Assembly (NCBI GenBank): GCA_018220935.1
Contig: JAAOXU010000030.1
Coordinates: forward strand, 1 to 60,364
Direction: 5' to 3'
Length of the DNA: 60,364 bases
Source of the DNA: Candidatus Altiarchaeota archaeon
GTDB taxonomy: Archaea > SpSt-1190
This document shows, in pieces, positions 1 through 15,000 of this stretch. Below the pieces are notes generated by a model. The model saw only the letters and a program-made list of their open reading frames with translations, was not told the DNA's origin and did not search any database. How positions within the stretch are numbered: position 1 is the first letter of the stretch; the number at the start of each line of letters is the position of its first letter. The translations under genes and the position numbers were made by a program.

Positions 1-3000
1 CTAACAGTTCAAGGAACTCTAACTCATAATCTTGAAAATCCAGACGGTGAAACGTATCTTAAGGGCGTAAACATCTCAATACGAGGAAATGTGACTAATG
101 ATTGTAATATTGGTATGAATTCAATTTATACTAACTTCACTCAAAAGAGTGATTTTACTAGTGAAGAACTTAAGTGTTCACCAATAAATGATGAAGGGGA
201 TGGGTATTACAATTGTACGTTTAATACCAGCAACATATCACCAAGGTGGTATGACTTAAGTTTTAATGCAAGTGAAATTTATTACCACGACAATAATAAA
301 ACACTAAACAATAAGTTCTTTGTTGAGACTGAGCCAAGTGTAGCAAACACAAAAGTCAACACAAGTTCTTATGATGGTGATGACGGAGTTATTGGTGGAT
401 ATTCAGAAATTTTCAATTATTCGGTTTTTGTTACTGATGTTGATGGAGACACATTAACGGCGTGGTTATGGCTTAGAAGTTGGAACCAAACTTCAGGAAA
501 TTGGACTAATTGGACTTTCGAGAATACTAAGTCTTGTGTTGATTGTAACAACACTTTACTTTACTCAGAAAAATTAAATTTCCTTTGCTCAGACCTAAAA
601 GATTGGCAGTTCTTATGGAATGTTACTGATGACCCTGATGATCCGTTACCAGGAGAAACAACTTACTTTGATGAAGATATTCCTAAAAATTTCACCATTG
701 AACAAGATGATGTACAAGTTAATTATTATGCCGGAGATGGTGGTACTATTTGGAGAAACGGAACAGATTCAAGAGTATTGAGTACCGAAATTTGGGATGT
801 TGATGATCAACGATACCTATCAACTGGAGAAGCAGATGGATTTTTCTGGATTACAGTTAATGGAACTGATTGGGATGGGGCACATGCAGTAGGAACAATC
901 CAACGTTTCTTTAATTACACTTACAACCCAGATTGTTCATACTTTACAGGTACACAAAAATGGGTTTCAGGAACAGTAAGTAATACCTGTTTTAAGGACG
1001 TTAATTCAAGTGAATTTACAGCAACACTACAAACATACCTACAAGGATCAATTGATACACCTGACGGGGAACCATACCAAAGAGGTCAACCAATTCCATT
1101 TAACATGTATGTTGAAGATGAATGTTCAGTTGGAGTTGAAAGTCTCACGCGTCAACTACATCTATACGTAGAAGGTAATCAATATGATATAACCTCAGGA
1201 ATAACTGACCCAAGTAATGGTACATACACTTACTCTTGGGACAGTGCACTAAAGACTCTCGGAAATTACAATGCAACATTTGAAGTTTCAAAAACAAATT
1301 ATGTCGCGCAAAATATAACAAAAATCTCAGCGTTTGATTTAGGTGAACCTCCCGAACTACAATTACAAAGTGTTGATAGATTGCTTGGTGGTTGGGGTGA
1401 GACTTGGAAATTTAGTGTTCAATGTAGAGACCGTGAAGGGGATACAGATCAAGTTCAATTATGGATTAAAAAGAATGCAACCGAAAATTGGGAAATGATT
1501 CAAGAACAAAATTGTACATCTGGTTCATATGTTGTTAAAGATTTCTTTGAAGTTTTCACATGTTCAGATATTACCCCAATAGGAGATGACGCACAGTGGA
1601 AGTTTAACGCATCCGATCAATGGGGCTTTACAGATGAGACCGCAATTGGTACTGTTGATATTGAAAAAGATGATGTTTCAATGTCACTGATTGCAGGACA
1701 TAACAATTTAATAAACCGAGAAAGTAATCCAACACTTTACTTATCTGTTAGAGCATATGACGATGATAAACTTGAATATTTACCAACGGATAGAAATGGA
1801 ACGTTCTATATTACAACTAATGGTACTGAATTTGATTCCGGAAACACAAGCGTTACTAATGCAACAGGTCACTTAGTTTACAACTTTAATCCATCTTGTT
1901 CATATGAGACAGGCCTACAAAATTGGAAAGGTGGAATTGAAAATGATGTATGTTACAAAGATTCATTTAGTCCAGATTATGACTTGAGTGTATATGGACA
2001 ATTAAAGAACGCCATTGAGATTCCCACATATGGTAGTATTTTCCAGACAACAAACCCTATAGATATAAGACTAAACGTGAGCACCGATTGTTCTGCAGAA
2101 GGCATAATAAACAGCACTAACGTGAATATAACACTAAATTCACCCCTTGATGATTTAGAGAGTTGCACCCCAGTTAATAATGAAGGGGATGGCTGGTATA
2201 ATTGTACATGGGATAGTTCATTTAGAGCACCAGGACTCTGGGACATCGGAACTAATTCAACTAAATCCTACTTTAATTTTAATTACACTAACTTAGTAAA
2301 TTGGTTTGAGTTACAAAATAAACCAACTAATTATAGTGATGTGAACGTTACACTTAATTCGTCAGGATGGGGTGCACCATTTAATTATTCGGTTAATGTC
2401 ACGGATGATGATACTGATGATGTGAATTGTACACTTTATGTTTCACTAAATGGTGGAAGCAGTTTTGAATCAAAGGGTCTCCAACTTATTACAAATGGAA
2501 CTGGAATTTGTTACTTTGACTTACAAAGCTTTACTTGTGCAGATATAGGAACAGACAACCAATATTACTTCCAATTAAATGATGGATATAATTCAGTTCA
2601 AACCCAAACAGAAGCAGGACCAACTATGACAAAAGACAGTCTTACGATAACACATCTTGATGGGAACGGTGGAACTGTTAATAGGACTATTACGAGTTTA
2701 TTGTTAAAAGTCAATGTCACTGATGATAACACTGGTAGTATTGCCCAAGACAATTTACCAGTTTACTTTAACATAACTAATAACGGATTAAATTATACAC
2801 AAGAAGATATTGATAACACAACTTTAGGTGTTTCTCAAATTACATTTAATCCTACTTGTTCATATGAAGTTGGAGTTCAAAAGTGGTTTACATACTTTGA
2901 AGAAGATTCTTGTTTCTTTGCAGCTAACACGAGTGAATTCAATTTGACAATATATGGTAAAATAACAAACACAATAATTTTACCAAATGGTACAGAACAT

Positions 3001-6000
3001 TATCAAGGAGAAGATAATGTAACCTTTAGAGCAAACTTTAGTGATCAATGTAATAATCTAATTGATCCTGAATATGTTAATTTTTCATATACGCATCAAG
3101 ATACAGCAAGTGAAGATTATTGTAGTCCAAGTGTGAATGAAAGCTTTGGATATTATAATTGTAGTATTGAAACTACTAATTTGAGTACAAGGTGGTATGA
3201 TACAGAAGTTTATGCAAATAAGACTCTACACACCCCAAACATAGAAACTGAAACTCAAGCCTTTTGGATTGAGACTAGACCTAATATAACACTCGTTTCA
3301 GTTGTTTCTGAACAAGGCGGTGGAATTGGAGGTTGGGGTGAATCTTGGACCTTTAAAGTTAATGTTACAGATTGGGATAAAGACGCAGTTAAGGTCTGGT
3401 TTTGGGATAGACCGGCTAGTGGAGGAGATTGGGAAATATTAAGTCCATTTGGTGTGACTAAAGCAGTTGGAATTGAGAGTCAAATTGTTACATTCATCTA
3501 CAATGGTTATACTTGTTCAGACTTCACAGGCGGTGCAAACAGAGAATGGTTTGTTAATGGTACAGATGATCCCTCTGAGCCAATAAGTGAACAAGACATT
3601 ACAAACACCAGTGTTAGTACGCATTCACTTGAAAGAAATGATGTTGAAATTTTACATAATCAAGGAAACGGTAGTTCATTAAACAGAAGTAATGTTACCA
3701 ATGGAGAAACAGTAACACTAAAAGTTCAGATAAGGGATACAGATAAAGATGCGTCAGTAAACACACAAGATACTAGTAAATTCTTAGTTACAACTGATGG
3801 CTTTAGTTTCACTCAAGACTTACAACTTGCAACAATTGAACCAGGTGGTTATGTAACAGATGATTTCCCATCAATAGCTGAATGTACCTATGGTATTAGT
3901 CTACAAAAGTGGAAAGTTGAATTTGGAGAAACCTGTTACAAAACAACACAAAGTCAAGAATGGAATGTAACACTAAAAACTGATCCAATTGAAGTTATAT
4001 TATACACACCCAAAGGAGACCCATATAGACAAGGTATTGATGATATTGAATTTTATGGTGGGGCATATGATGATTGTGGTGGTGTTACAAATGCAGATTT
4101 AACATTTGAAGCTATACAAAATGATAACACATATGTTTGTTCTGGAACACAAGGTGTTGGAAATGGTAATTACACCTGTAATATAACAAACACAGGGGCT
4201 TGGCTTCTAGGAAATTACAACGCCACAATGAATGCAAGTAAACAAGGTTACAACGACAGTGTTGTTTTACTAGTTGAAGATGGAATAAAACTCGCAACAC
4301 AGCCTTCCCTAGTAGGTTTCTTTGTATCTACTAGTGATGGTGGTAATTCATATGGTTGGGGTGAATATTGGGACTTCCAAGTCGACTTCTTTGATAGTGA
4401 TCAATTAGTCTATGATTATGAAGTTGCAAACATTACACTTTGGTACTTTAATGATTCACAATGGATTTTACTAAATAGTACAACGTGCAGTGCACCAACC
4501 TGTAGACTAACTGAAACACGTCACTTTTACAGAGACTTCACATGTAGTGATATTGGAAGTAATATTCCATTTACCCTAAATATTACAGACTATTGGAACT
4601 TTACAGAAACGTGGAATTTCAATCAAGATATTATTACAGATGACGTATTACTAACAGTAATTCAGTCACCTACATACGTTAGTAGAGAAAACCAAACAGT
4701 TCTGATACAAGTTAGAGGTACGGATCAAGATGCAGGTCATTTATTGGGTGCAAGTATTAACGGAAGTTTTGAAGTCACAACTAATGGTAGTGGAACTTGG
4801 AGTGTACCAATTTACAATCAAACTGATTCAGGTGGATACTTATCTTACAACTTTAACCCAGGATGTGGATATAATGTTGGTAATCAAGATTGGAGATCAC
4901 AAATTGAAACCGCGTGTTATTCAACAACAGCAATTGGTCCGGCATCTGGATTTATGGACGTTATTGGTCAATTAAAAAATAATATAACGTATCCCACAAA
5001 TGGAAGTAGCTATTATGTTACAGATTTAGTAAATTTCACATTTAATATTAGTGATGAATGTAATGAAAATTGGCAACCCATTAGTGACGCGTATCTAAAT
5101 ATTACATTTAATTCAACTAATGGTCTAAATGCGACTTTTGATCAAAATAATACGACTTATGTTGGTGAAGGTCTTTACAATTTCTCATGGATTACTGATT
5201 TTCACGAAGGTGGGTTATGGGACGTAAAACTAACGTCACAAAAAGAATATTACTACAGTAATCAAACAGACTTTACTGATTACATTTATCTAAATAATAC
5301 TCCCGCAGTTGCAGAAAACTTCAGCGTAACACCAACAACAGAAGGATGGGGAAGAACCTTCACATTCAGTGCAGACATAATGGACAGTGAACAAGATAAT
5401 ATAACTTGTAAACTTTTTGTTACGACTGACAGTGGATCAACTTGGATATACAAAGATGAACAAGTAATAACATGGGGTGTTGGAACTTGTGAATTAAATG
5501 TTACAGACTTTAATTGTGCAGACATAGGAACTGATAATTATTATAGATTTGAAATTGATGATGGCACTCAAGAAAATATATTTAATACAAGTTATACTCA
5601 AGGACCAAATATTACCGCAGATGATGTTTATTTAGAATATTTAGACGGGAATCAAACAGTAGTTAGTAGATATGGTATTAATGAAACACTTCTTTCATTT
5701 AGAGTATATGATCAAGACCAAAGTAATTTGACAATTTCTGGAATTCAAACAACCTATTGGGTAACACGAGACGGATCAACTTATGTCAGTCATACAGGAA
5801 CAACAACAAATTCAAGTGGACACTCTAATTATGATTTTGACCCAGTTTGTGATCCTTTATACTCACAAGGAATTCAAAACTGGAGAGCAGGAGTAACTGA
5901 CTCTTGTTATGTTGGGACAAACCTTACAGAAACATACCAACTAACCATTATGGGTAGTTTAACCAATGATCTTGATTATATCTATAAAATTGGAGTTCCA

Positions 6001-9000
6001 ACAGCACCCCCAGTTAATCTTACAAGGGACGAAGAAGATTTACAGGCAGATATTCACATAACTGATGACTGTAGCTTAGATGTTGATGCAGCCAATGTTA
6101 ATGTAACTTGGATTAGTGAATATAGTAACGAATACAATTGTACAGTTAGTGGTATTGGAAGTGGTGCTTATAGATGTGATATGCCAACAAATAACACAAG
6201 AGCAAGATGGTATGATATTTCAATGAATTCTTCAAAGCAACCATACTACTATGATAATTTAGCTTTTGTTCAAAGCAATGTATTATTTGTCCAAACAAGA
6301 CCGGTAGTAACTAATCTTACGTGTCTTAATTGTCCAGGTGGATGGGGTGAAGTATTTGAGTATAGTGTGACACTAACTGATGAAGATTTAGATAATGTAA
6401 CAGCAAAATTATTTGTAAAGAAACCTGGATCGATATTCTCCTTTGAACTCAACGTAACCAATGTTAGTTCACCAATCATAAATAAAACGGTAATACTAAG
6501 CATACCAGATTCAACATTCACGTGTCCAGATCACCTAGGTATTGGTGAATTTAAATTTGAAGTTCAAGACAATAGGGGTCTTGTGAGATCAAACCAAACT
6601 AACTACAGTGTTGAGCGAGATGATGTTAGATTTGAAATGTATAATGGTGATACTGAAATGGTCTGGAGAAATGGAACTGGATACGTATTTTTGAGTCTTG
6701 ACCTTTATGATGATGACCGAAATATATCACTACCATCTGGACTTGGTGGAAATGTATGGGTAACAGTTAATGAAAGTTATTGGGATGCTGGAAAAGGTAT
6801 TGCCACAAATAGTACAGGAAACTTCAATTATAATTTCATGCAAGAATTACCACCATCAGGACAACGCTGTGATTATTCACTAGGACCACAATGGTGGAGA
6901 GGTTGGATAAATGACACATGTTACAAAGATACCTATTCACAAAATTATACTACCACTATCATGTCTGAATTAATTCCACAAACAATAATCCCAGACGGAG
7001 AGGGTTATATTGTTGGAGATAAAATGTTGATTGCTGGGACGGTTGGGGATGATTGTCCTGCTTTAGTTGAAAACGTAACAGCTGAATACAAGCTAAAGAG
7101 AGGTAGTAACACGTATACTTGTAGTATTTCAAATAACTTTAATTGGACTGAAAATTCAGGTTGGTATAATTGTACGTGGGACAGTGCAAGTCGTGTTAAG
7201 GGTTGGTATGATATTACACTTAATGTTTCAAAGACTTACTATGCAAACAACGGATCAATTAAGACGTCTGCATTCTTCTTAGGTGAACCCCCTGTATTAG
7301 AGAACCCTCTAATTGATCATAGTTATGGTGGATGGGGTGAGCAATATGGATTCCAAGTAATCTTTAGCGACCCAGATTATCATGCAAACAATCTTAGTCT
7401 TTGGATAAGTTCAGATAATTCAACTTGGAACTTAAAGGATTCTAAGTCAGCTATAGGTGTTCAAGCAACAGTTCAGTTTATTGAAAGATTCACGTGTGGT
7501 GATATCTCAATATTCCCCAATGGAACAAGATATTGGAAGATAACTGCAGTTGATCCATTCAATTATAGTGACGAGACACCAGTGTTTGAAATTAATTTTA
7601 CAACAGACAATGTAACCGTTGTAGTTCAGTCATCAAGTAATGACACAGTTAGAAGGATGGGTGCAAATGACGCATTCTTAGAATTTTTAATTTATGATAC
7701 TGATTTAGACGTATATCCAAATGATACAAGTAGCTTAGTTTGGATTACTGAAAACTTTACTAATTACACCATACTAAAAACGTGTACATCAACCAATGGA
7801 TATTGTAATGTTACACACGACCCGGTTTGCGCATCTTCAATTGGTGATCAGCTCTGGATTGGTGCTACAAACGACTCGTGTTACCAAGTTCTCAATTCAA
7901 CCCCGGGAACGCTAGAAGTAATAGGACAATTATACGCACAGCCAGAAAGACCATCTGAGGGTCAAATAATTAATAGAAATACAACTGAACTCTTCAACAC
8001 CAGCGTTGTTGATGAATGTAGTGAATTAGTGAATGGGGCAACAGTTAATTGGTATGATGATTCAGATAACTCAATTGGAAACGGTTATGAAGTTAATTGG
8101 AGCATTCCAAATGGATTTGAACTAGGCGGTGAGACTATCACAACTAACACCAGTAAAACTAGTTATGATCCAGGTACCAATTCAACTAATATTTACGTAT
8201 ACGGATGGGCAATAATAACAGATATACAGCCCCCAGACAGTACTCAAATTGAAGCAGGAACAACTGCACAAATAACTTGTGAAGTTAAAGATAAAAACAT
8301 AGGGAGTCCACTCCCCACATATAGTGTTGACTTTTACAAAAATGAAACATTCCAGGACACAAAAGCCACAGGTATTGATGGAATTGCAACTTGGCAATGG
8401 AACACCAATACAGAACCATTTGGATGGTACAATATTAGTTGTCTTATAGGTAATGAACCAAGTATGTTTTACAACTACAGCGGGGGACTTAATACTACGA
8501 TATTACAAGTAAGGCGTTTACTAAAATTCAGTTACGTTACACCAACACCATATCAATTCTACAGAAATGATAGTTTTACTCCGCATGAAACATATTTGGA
8601 AGCAAAAGTAACAGAAGCACAAACAGGTCCAAGTGAAGATTCAAACATAACGTTTTACAATCAAACTTACGAATTAATTGGATGGTGTATAACTAACCCA
8701 CAAGGTGAATGTAACGTAACATTTAATGCATCAGACACCACAATACCAGACATCTACACAGTATACGCAAATGCAACAAAATCAGGTGCAGAACCATCAG
8801 TAACTAATTCAACTACAATTAAAGTTCAAGCTAAGATGTCTGCAAATATTACAGATCCTGTAAATGACTCTGCCTGGACTAAAGGAAACGTCATAAACCT
8901 AATTGTAGTTGTTAAAGATGAAAATAATCAAAACATAACGTCCGCAGATGTTTTCTGGTACAATGAAAGTAATGAAGTTGCACAGGGTTTGTCAACTACA

Positions 9001-12000
9001 TTAAATCTTAATACTCAAGATACAGGATGGCGAAACTTAACAGTTGAAATTAGAAAGAACTGTGCAAACTCACCAAGTACTGAGTGTTATGATAGAGAAT
9101 ATGGAGAAACTATAATTAGAATTGATGGACTCTCCGGCGTCAGATGGCTTAGCCCAACAGCACAGCCAGTATCACCATGGACTCAAATAACAGTCCTTGA
9201 AGCTGAAAACTTCAGTTGTGAGGTTTATGACACTATAACTAGTCAAAAGATTTTCAATTATAGTACAGAAATGTGGTATCAGTTTGATGTAGGAGACTGG
9301 GTTAAACTTGGATCATTTTATTCAGGTCACAATGGTAATGTAACTCAAACATTCATACCCCAAGTTAAAGGTGACTTGACATTTAAATGTAATATAACAG
9401 ATGACATATCTAAACTTTATACTGTTGATATTGCTGAAGCAAGTGCAACTTTTGAGGTTATTGATGATGTTCCACCAACCATATATGACTATTATATCTA
9501 TCCAACTTCAGGATTAGAAGCATATCAAGATAACACTACAATTTACACGACCATATCTGATAATATCGGCGTATCAACTGCATGGGCCGCAATTGAATTA
9601 CCAAATACAACGTTTGTTACTAAGAGTTTCGTAAGATATCCGTATCCAAATACTTTCAAGTTTGTTGATTTAGAGAATAGTACAAATATAACACATGTTG
9701 AAAATATTAGTGAACCAGGTCGTGTATCATTCTTTAACCTCACGATTGAAAATAATGAAACCTTTGATGCGTACTTTAATGTTTCAGTAAATGGCATACT
9801 AGTTTTTGATAATGTTAGTTTAATTAATTCAACTAATACTACTATTGATTTAGTTGAAAATTATACCTTTAGTTCAGCCGGTGAATTTAATTTAAGTGTT
9901 ATGTTCTTTAATGCGAGCAGTGAGCCATTAAATTTAAGCCACGTCTCTTGGATAAATTACACAGTTCACTCAGACCGGTATAATGTTTCATATGTCCCAT
10001 TAATTGGAGGCACACATAATGTAGTAATATATGCTCAAGACTTACCTCCAGAAAACAACTTAGCAAGTCAAGCTGCAGGTAGTTTTAATGCAGGGGGTAT
10101 CACTAATGTCACAGTTAATCTAACACCAGCATATCAACCCGCATTTGGCATAACACAGCTTGACGACTTTACATACATTGTAACAGCAAATATAACCAAT
10201 TGGGGGCCAGTAACCGCAATAAATGTTAGTTTGAACATAACTGATAGTTCAATTGATTATATGAGTTATAATATTACAAATGCCAGTTGCGGAAATTTAG
10301 CAGCAAATAGTTCATGTGTACACTACGTCTTAACTACAGTAAAGGAGAAGACACCACCAGCCTTCATACAAATTAGCTATAATGTTAGTTGGGTTAATCC
10401 AGACAGAGGATTTAACACAACAATAGGTATTACTGAAGTTGAGGTTGCTGAAAATCCAATATTAAACACTAGTGAAATTGCTGTATTTGCTGAAGCCTCA
10501 CACCAGAAGATGACATATATCGGAAACATAACAGTTGAATCACAAGGAAATACACCAATTTTTGATATTTCAATATACACTGTTGGTGGGGATCTATTCA
10601 CAAAGTGTGCAGAATGTGATCTTACAATTGTACCAGACGTACAAGGATTAGTTAGTGCCGGAGATAGTTTCCGTGCTGATTTATGGCTTGATGTTCCATG
10701 GGGTCAAGATCCAGGAATATATCTAACTAATTTAAGAGTTAACACCAGTAATGCTGCGTATAAAGATGTATTACTAAATGTCACAGTTCCGTGGAATAAT
10801 TCATGGAATAGAGCACCATCTACATATGGTACTATACTCGCACTACTAAACACAAATGTAACCCTTGGAAATGTAACAGCAAACAATGTGGGTAACGTAA
10901 GACTTGATTTCATTAATTATGTTAGTGGAACAGGTGCACCAATGGTCAATATTACGCCAAGAATCTTTGGTTTACCTAAAATTAATTCAAAAGATATTAC
11001 AGTTAGTTATTCAGTTGAACCTGATTCAATTGAAGGTATATACCCAGTCGTAATAACTCTAAGACCAGAAGATCAAGCAGGAAACCAAGCAGATCCATTT
11101 GATAATATAGTTACATTTACACTTAACGTTACAGACTTACCCCCGCTAATTGAAGACATTGTAGTTGAACCACAAAACTTTGAAGTATCTTTTGATACAG
11201 TTAATATTAATGCTACAATAACAGATAACTTTGTAGTGGCTGAGGCTTGGATCAACTTAACACTTCCCAATGGAACTGATTACATTAAGTTTATGAATAA
11301 TGAAAGTAGTCACTATTTCACCACATATAACACAGACACAATAGGATTCTATAAATTGAAAATTTGTGCAAATGATACAAGATTCCTATCTGGTTGTACT
11401 GAGGTAATTAATCTAACTGCTAATGCTAACACTACAATTAAATTTGAACCAGAAAGTAGCTTAACGGTTACAAATGCTAGATGGTTAGATGACATTAACT
11501 ATACGTTTAATTATAGTTTAAGAAATTCAGGATACTCAAGAGCATTTAATGTTAGTGCAGATTACAGTACTTTTGAAGGGTGGGTAGTTTACCCAAGTGA
11601 ATTTAATACGTCTATCTTGCTAAAGCAAGAAACATATAATGATTCTATGTACATTGAAGTTCCGGCCGCAACTGTTGCTGGAAATTACACCTTTAACTTT
11701 TACGCTAATTGGACTAACTATGATAATTCAACAGGAGAAAATACAACTAACCTTACAATCGAAGTTTTAGAAAACACATTAATTGAAGCCACACCCAGTG
11801 AAATTAATTTAACTATTATCAATAAAGAGAAGAAACTTCAAATAATTCAAATATTGTCGGCAGGAAATGTTCCAGTACAAAACGTGAGTATAAGCTGTGT
11901 TAGTGGATTAATTTGTAATAATATGACAGTAAACATTACACCCCAACTAATAGGTGATATGCCACAAGGAACCCTTGCATTAGTTAATTTAACTATAGAA

Positions 12001-15000
12001 GTTCCTGAAGTGTTTGAAACTGATGTGTATTACAGTGATATATTTGTGAATGGAACTGAATCATCACAAGTAGTAAAACTTTGGGTTAGAGTACCCCTTA
12101 ATATGTCGTGGGATCATAACACAACTTCAATAAGTAAAGTTTTAGTTCAAGGAGAACAAGGGGACTTTGGAACTGTGGGAATTAGGAATTTGGGGAATGT
12201 TCTCGCAAAGATTAATTTGAATGTAACTGGTAATATTACAGATTCAATAATTGTTGATAAATTTTACTTTGAAATGCCAATTGATGGATCAGATCAAGTC
12301 AATATTAAGTATAATACATCTGAATCATACTTTAGACAAGATTTAGTAGGTGAGATAGTAACATATAACGATACCGCAAATATTACAGAACAACGAACTA
12401 ATTTATCTATGACAATTCACCCACTTTGGGTGACTACGTTAAACCCAACAGAAACAAATCCAAAAATAGGTGTCTTTAACGGAACTAATATTACAGCAAC
12501 AATTAGCGCAACTTATGGTTACTCCATCATTACTTCAGGGATTGCATTTAACGCATCGCTTAGACGAGGAAATACGTATTATGATCTTAATCAAACCTAT
12601 AAGTACAATGTTACAGATTTCGTATGGTACTTAAATTTCACAGCACCACAACTAAACTACAGTATAGGTTATGATTTAGTTATAACCGGAAATTATAGTT
12701 TATTTGACATAGCAAAAACAAATATTCAAGACAAAGCAATAGTCTACAATGATACAGTAAATCCAATCGTACTAATAAGTGCACCCGGAAAAACAGGCAT
12801 AAATGATACAGCAGTAATTTATCTTAATGCAACTGATGCAGGCGGTGTTAAAGACGCCACAATGACAATAACATTCCCAGATACCATATCAAAAATAACT
12901 ACGGCAATGACTTATCTTTACAAAGTTAACGACACGTATGTATTTAGACTCAACTTTAATGATACACAACAAGAGGGAGTGTATGGTGTTAGTGCTGAGG
13001 CGTGTGATTATTCAGGTAATTGTGGTATAGGAATAAGTCAATTCACAACTTTCCCATTCGCACAATGGCACGGTAGAGCACTTGATGTTGATAGATCAGA
13101 CACAGTACCAATAAATCTAACATTTAACTTATATGAAGAATTAACAGATAATTCACTTTTCTTTGTATATCCAAATGAAACGGGTTACTATAATGAAACA
13201 ATTGATGCGAGAAGATATGATATTGTAACAAACTATGAGAATGTTACTACAAAATTATATGGTGCAAGAGTATTTGGCGATATTGAGAATCCAATAGTAC
13301 ACGGAGTTATACCAGGGAGTATGATAGGTTTAGGAACTTATGTGGGACTTGACTTTGAATCTAACCTGACTTATGATACTGCAAGAATTACATTTGACTA
13401 TGCCGACTTTGCAGGTGTTTCTGCAAATAATTTAGGAATTTATGAGTGTGAGAATTGGATAAGATTCCAAGGATGTGGTGGTAATTGGACCAGAATGATT
13501 GGCACAGTTATTGATTTAGGTAAAGAACAAGTGTATGCAGTAGTTACAGCTTTTGAAGACGCATACATAATGTCTGAATATGTTTGTGGTAATCAAGTTT
13601 GTGAAACTGGATATGGTGAATCACTTGCAACTTGTCCACAAGACTGCCAAGTTAGTTCACCTTCACCAACTGAACCAGGACCAAGTGACGGAGGCGGTGG
13701 AGGTGGAGGCGGCGGAGGTGGTGGAGGTGGAGGCGGCGGTGCTACACCAACTGACGAATTAGCACCAATTCCAATTGAATTTAAGGCACCCGTAATTGAT
13801 GTTACAGTATATCCAGGTGAGAGTAAGGTATTTGGTATTGAGATTACTAATAACCAGATTAATTCAACTGAAGGTATAATTTATGCAGAAGGTCCAATTT
13901 GGTCCTTACTTGAATTCCAATTTGATGAGTTTACTGTTGAGAATAAATCAACTAGAACCATTCAAATTAGTGTTAAACCAACTAATAATGTAACACCAGG
14001 AGTTTACACAGGAGACATCGTAATAGAAATTGGTAGCCTAAAACACAGAATCCCTGCATCAATTGCAGTTGAAATACTCCAAGAGCCACTACTTGACGTT
14101 AATGTGAAGATGCTCACACCCACAGTTAGACCAGGAGAGGATCTGAAGTTTGAAGTAACTCTAATTAACATGGGTGGAACTGAAGAAGTTGAAGATATTG
14201 TAATTAATTATACTGTAAGGACTCTTGAAGGTGATGAGACTCTAATCACGATTGCTAGTGAAACAGTTGCAGTTGACAATATCAACAGATACATCAGAGA
14301 AGTTGCAATACCAGAAGATGCAGAAGAAGGTCGCTATGTGATTGAAGCGACTGCAAGATATTGGTATGGTAGAAAGTATGCACTTAGTACTGATAGTTTT
14401 GACATAACAATTGAACCAGCAGCAATAACTGCAATAAGAAAAATTTTCGGTTGGTGGGTAACTTGGGTATTAATGTTCATTTTAGCACCAGTTGCATACT
14501 TTGGTGGTCAGTGGGTAATTGATTATTATAGAAAGTGGAAGGCCGCAAAAGAGAGTAAACAAAGATATACATTACCAGTTGATATGGATGAACTACCAAA
14601 AGCAGGTGGTTCGGCAGTTAAAGTTGGTAAATTGGCTGGAACTGAACTTGATGCTTGGTTTGATTTAGATGATTTAATGACGCACGCAATTGTAGCTGGA
14701 GCTACAGGATCTGGAAAAACAGTAAGTGCAATGGTAATTGCTGAAGAAGCACTAAAGTCAGGTAAGTCCATGGTAGTATTTGACCCCACAGCACAATGGA
14801 GTGGTTTCTTAGCACCAAATAAAGATCAGAAAATGATTAAACACTTCCCAGAATTTGGTCTAACTGAAGAAGATTCTAAGTCCTTTAAAGGATTAATCTT
14901 TGAGATCACCGATCCAGAACAAATTATGAATATTGACTTTAAGCAATGGATTAGGCCAGGAGAAATCACAGTATTTACACTAAATAAGTTAACGACAAGT

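Noticed and set aside
91-93. GTG at 91 as start of the giant protein
   Set aside because: The frame is open from base 1, continues the repeat pattern and has no signal peptide; the gene begins upstream of the window.
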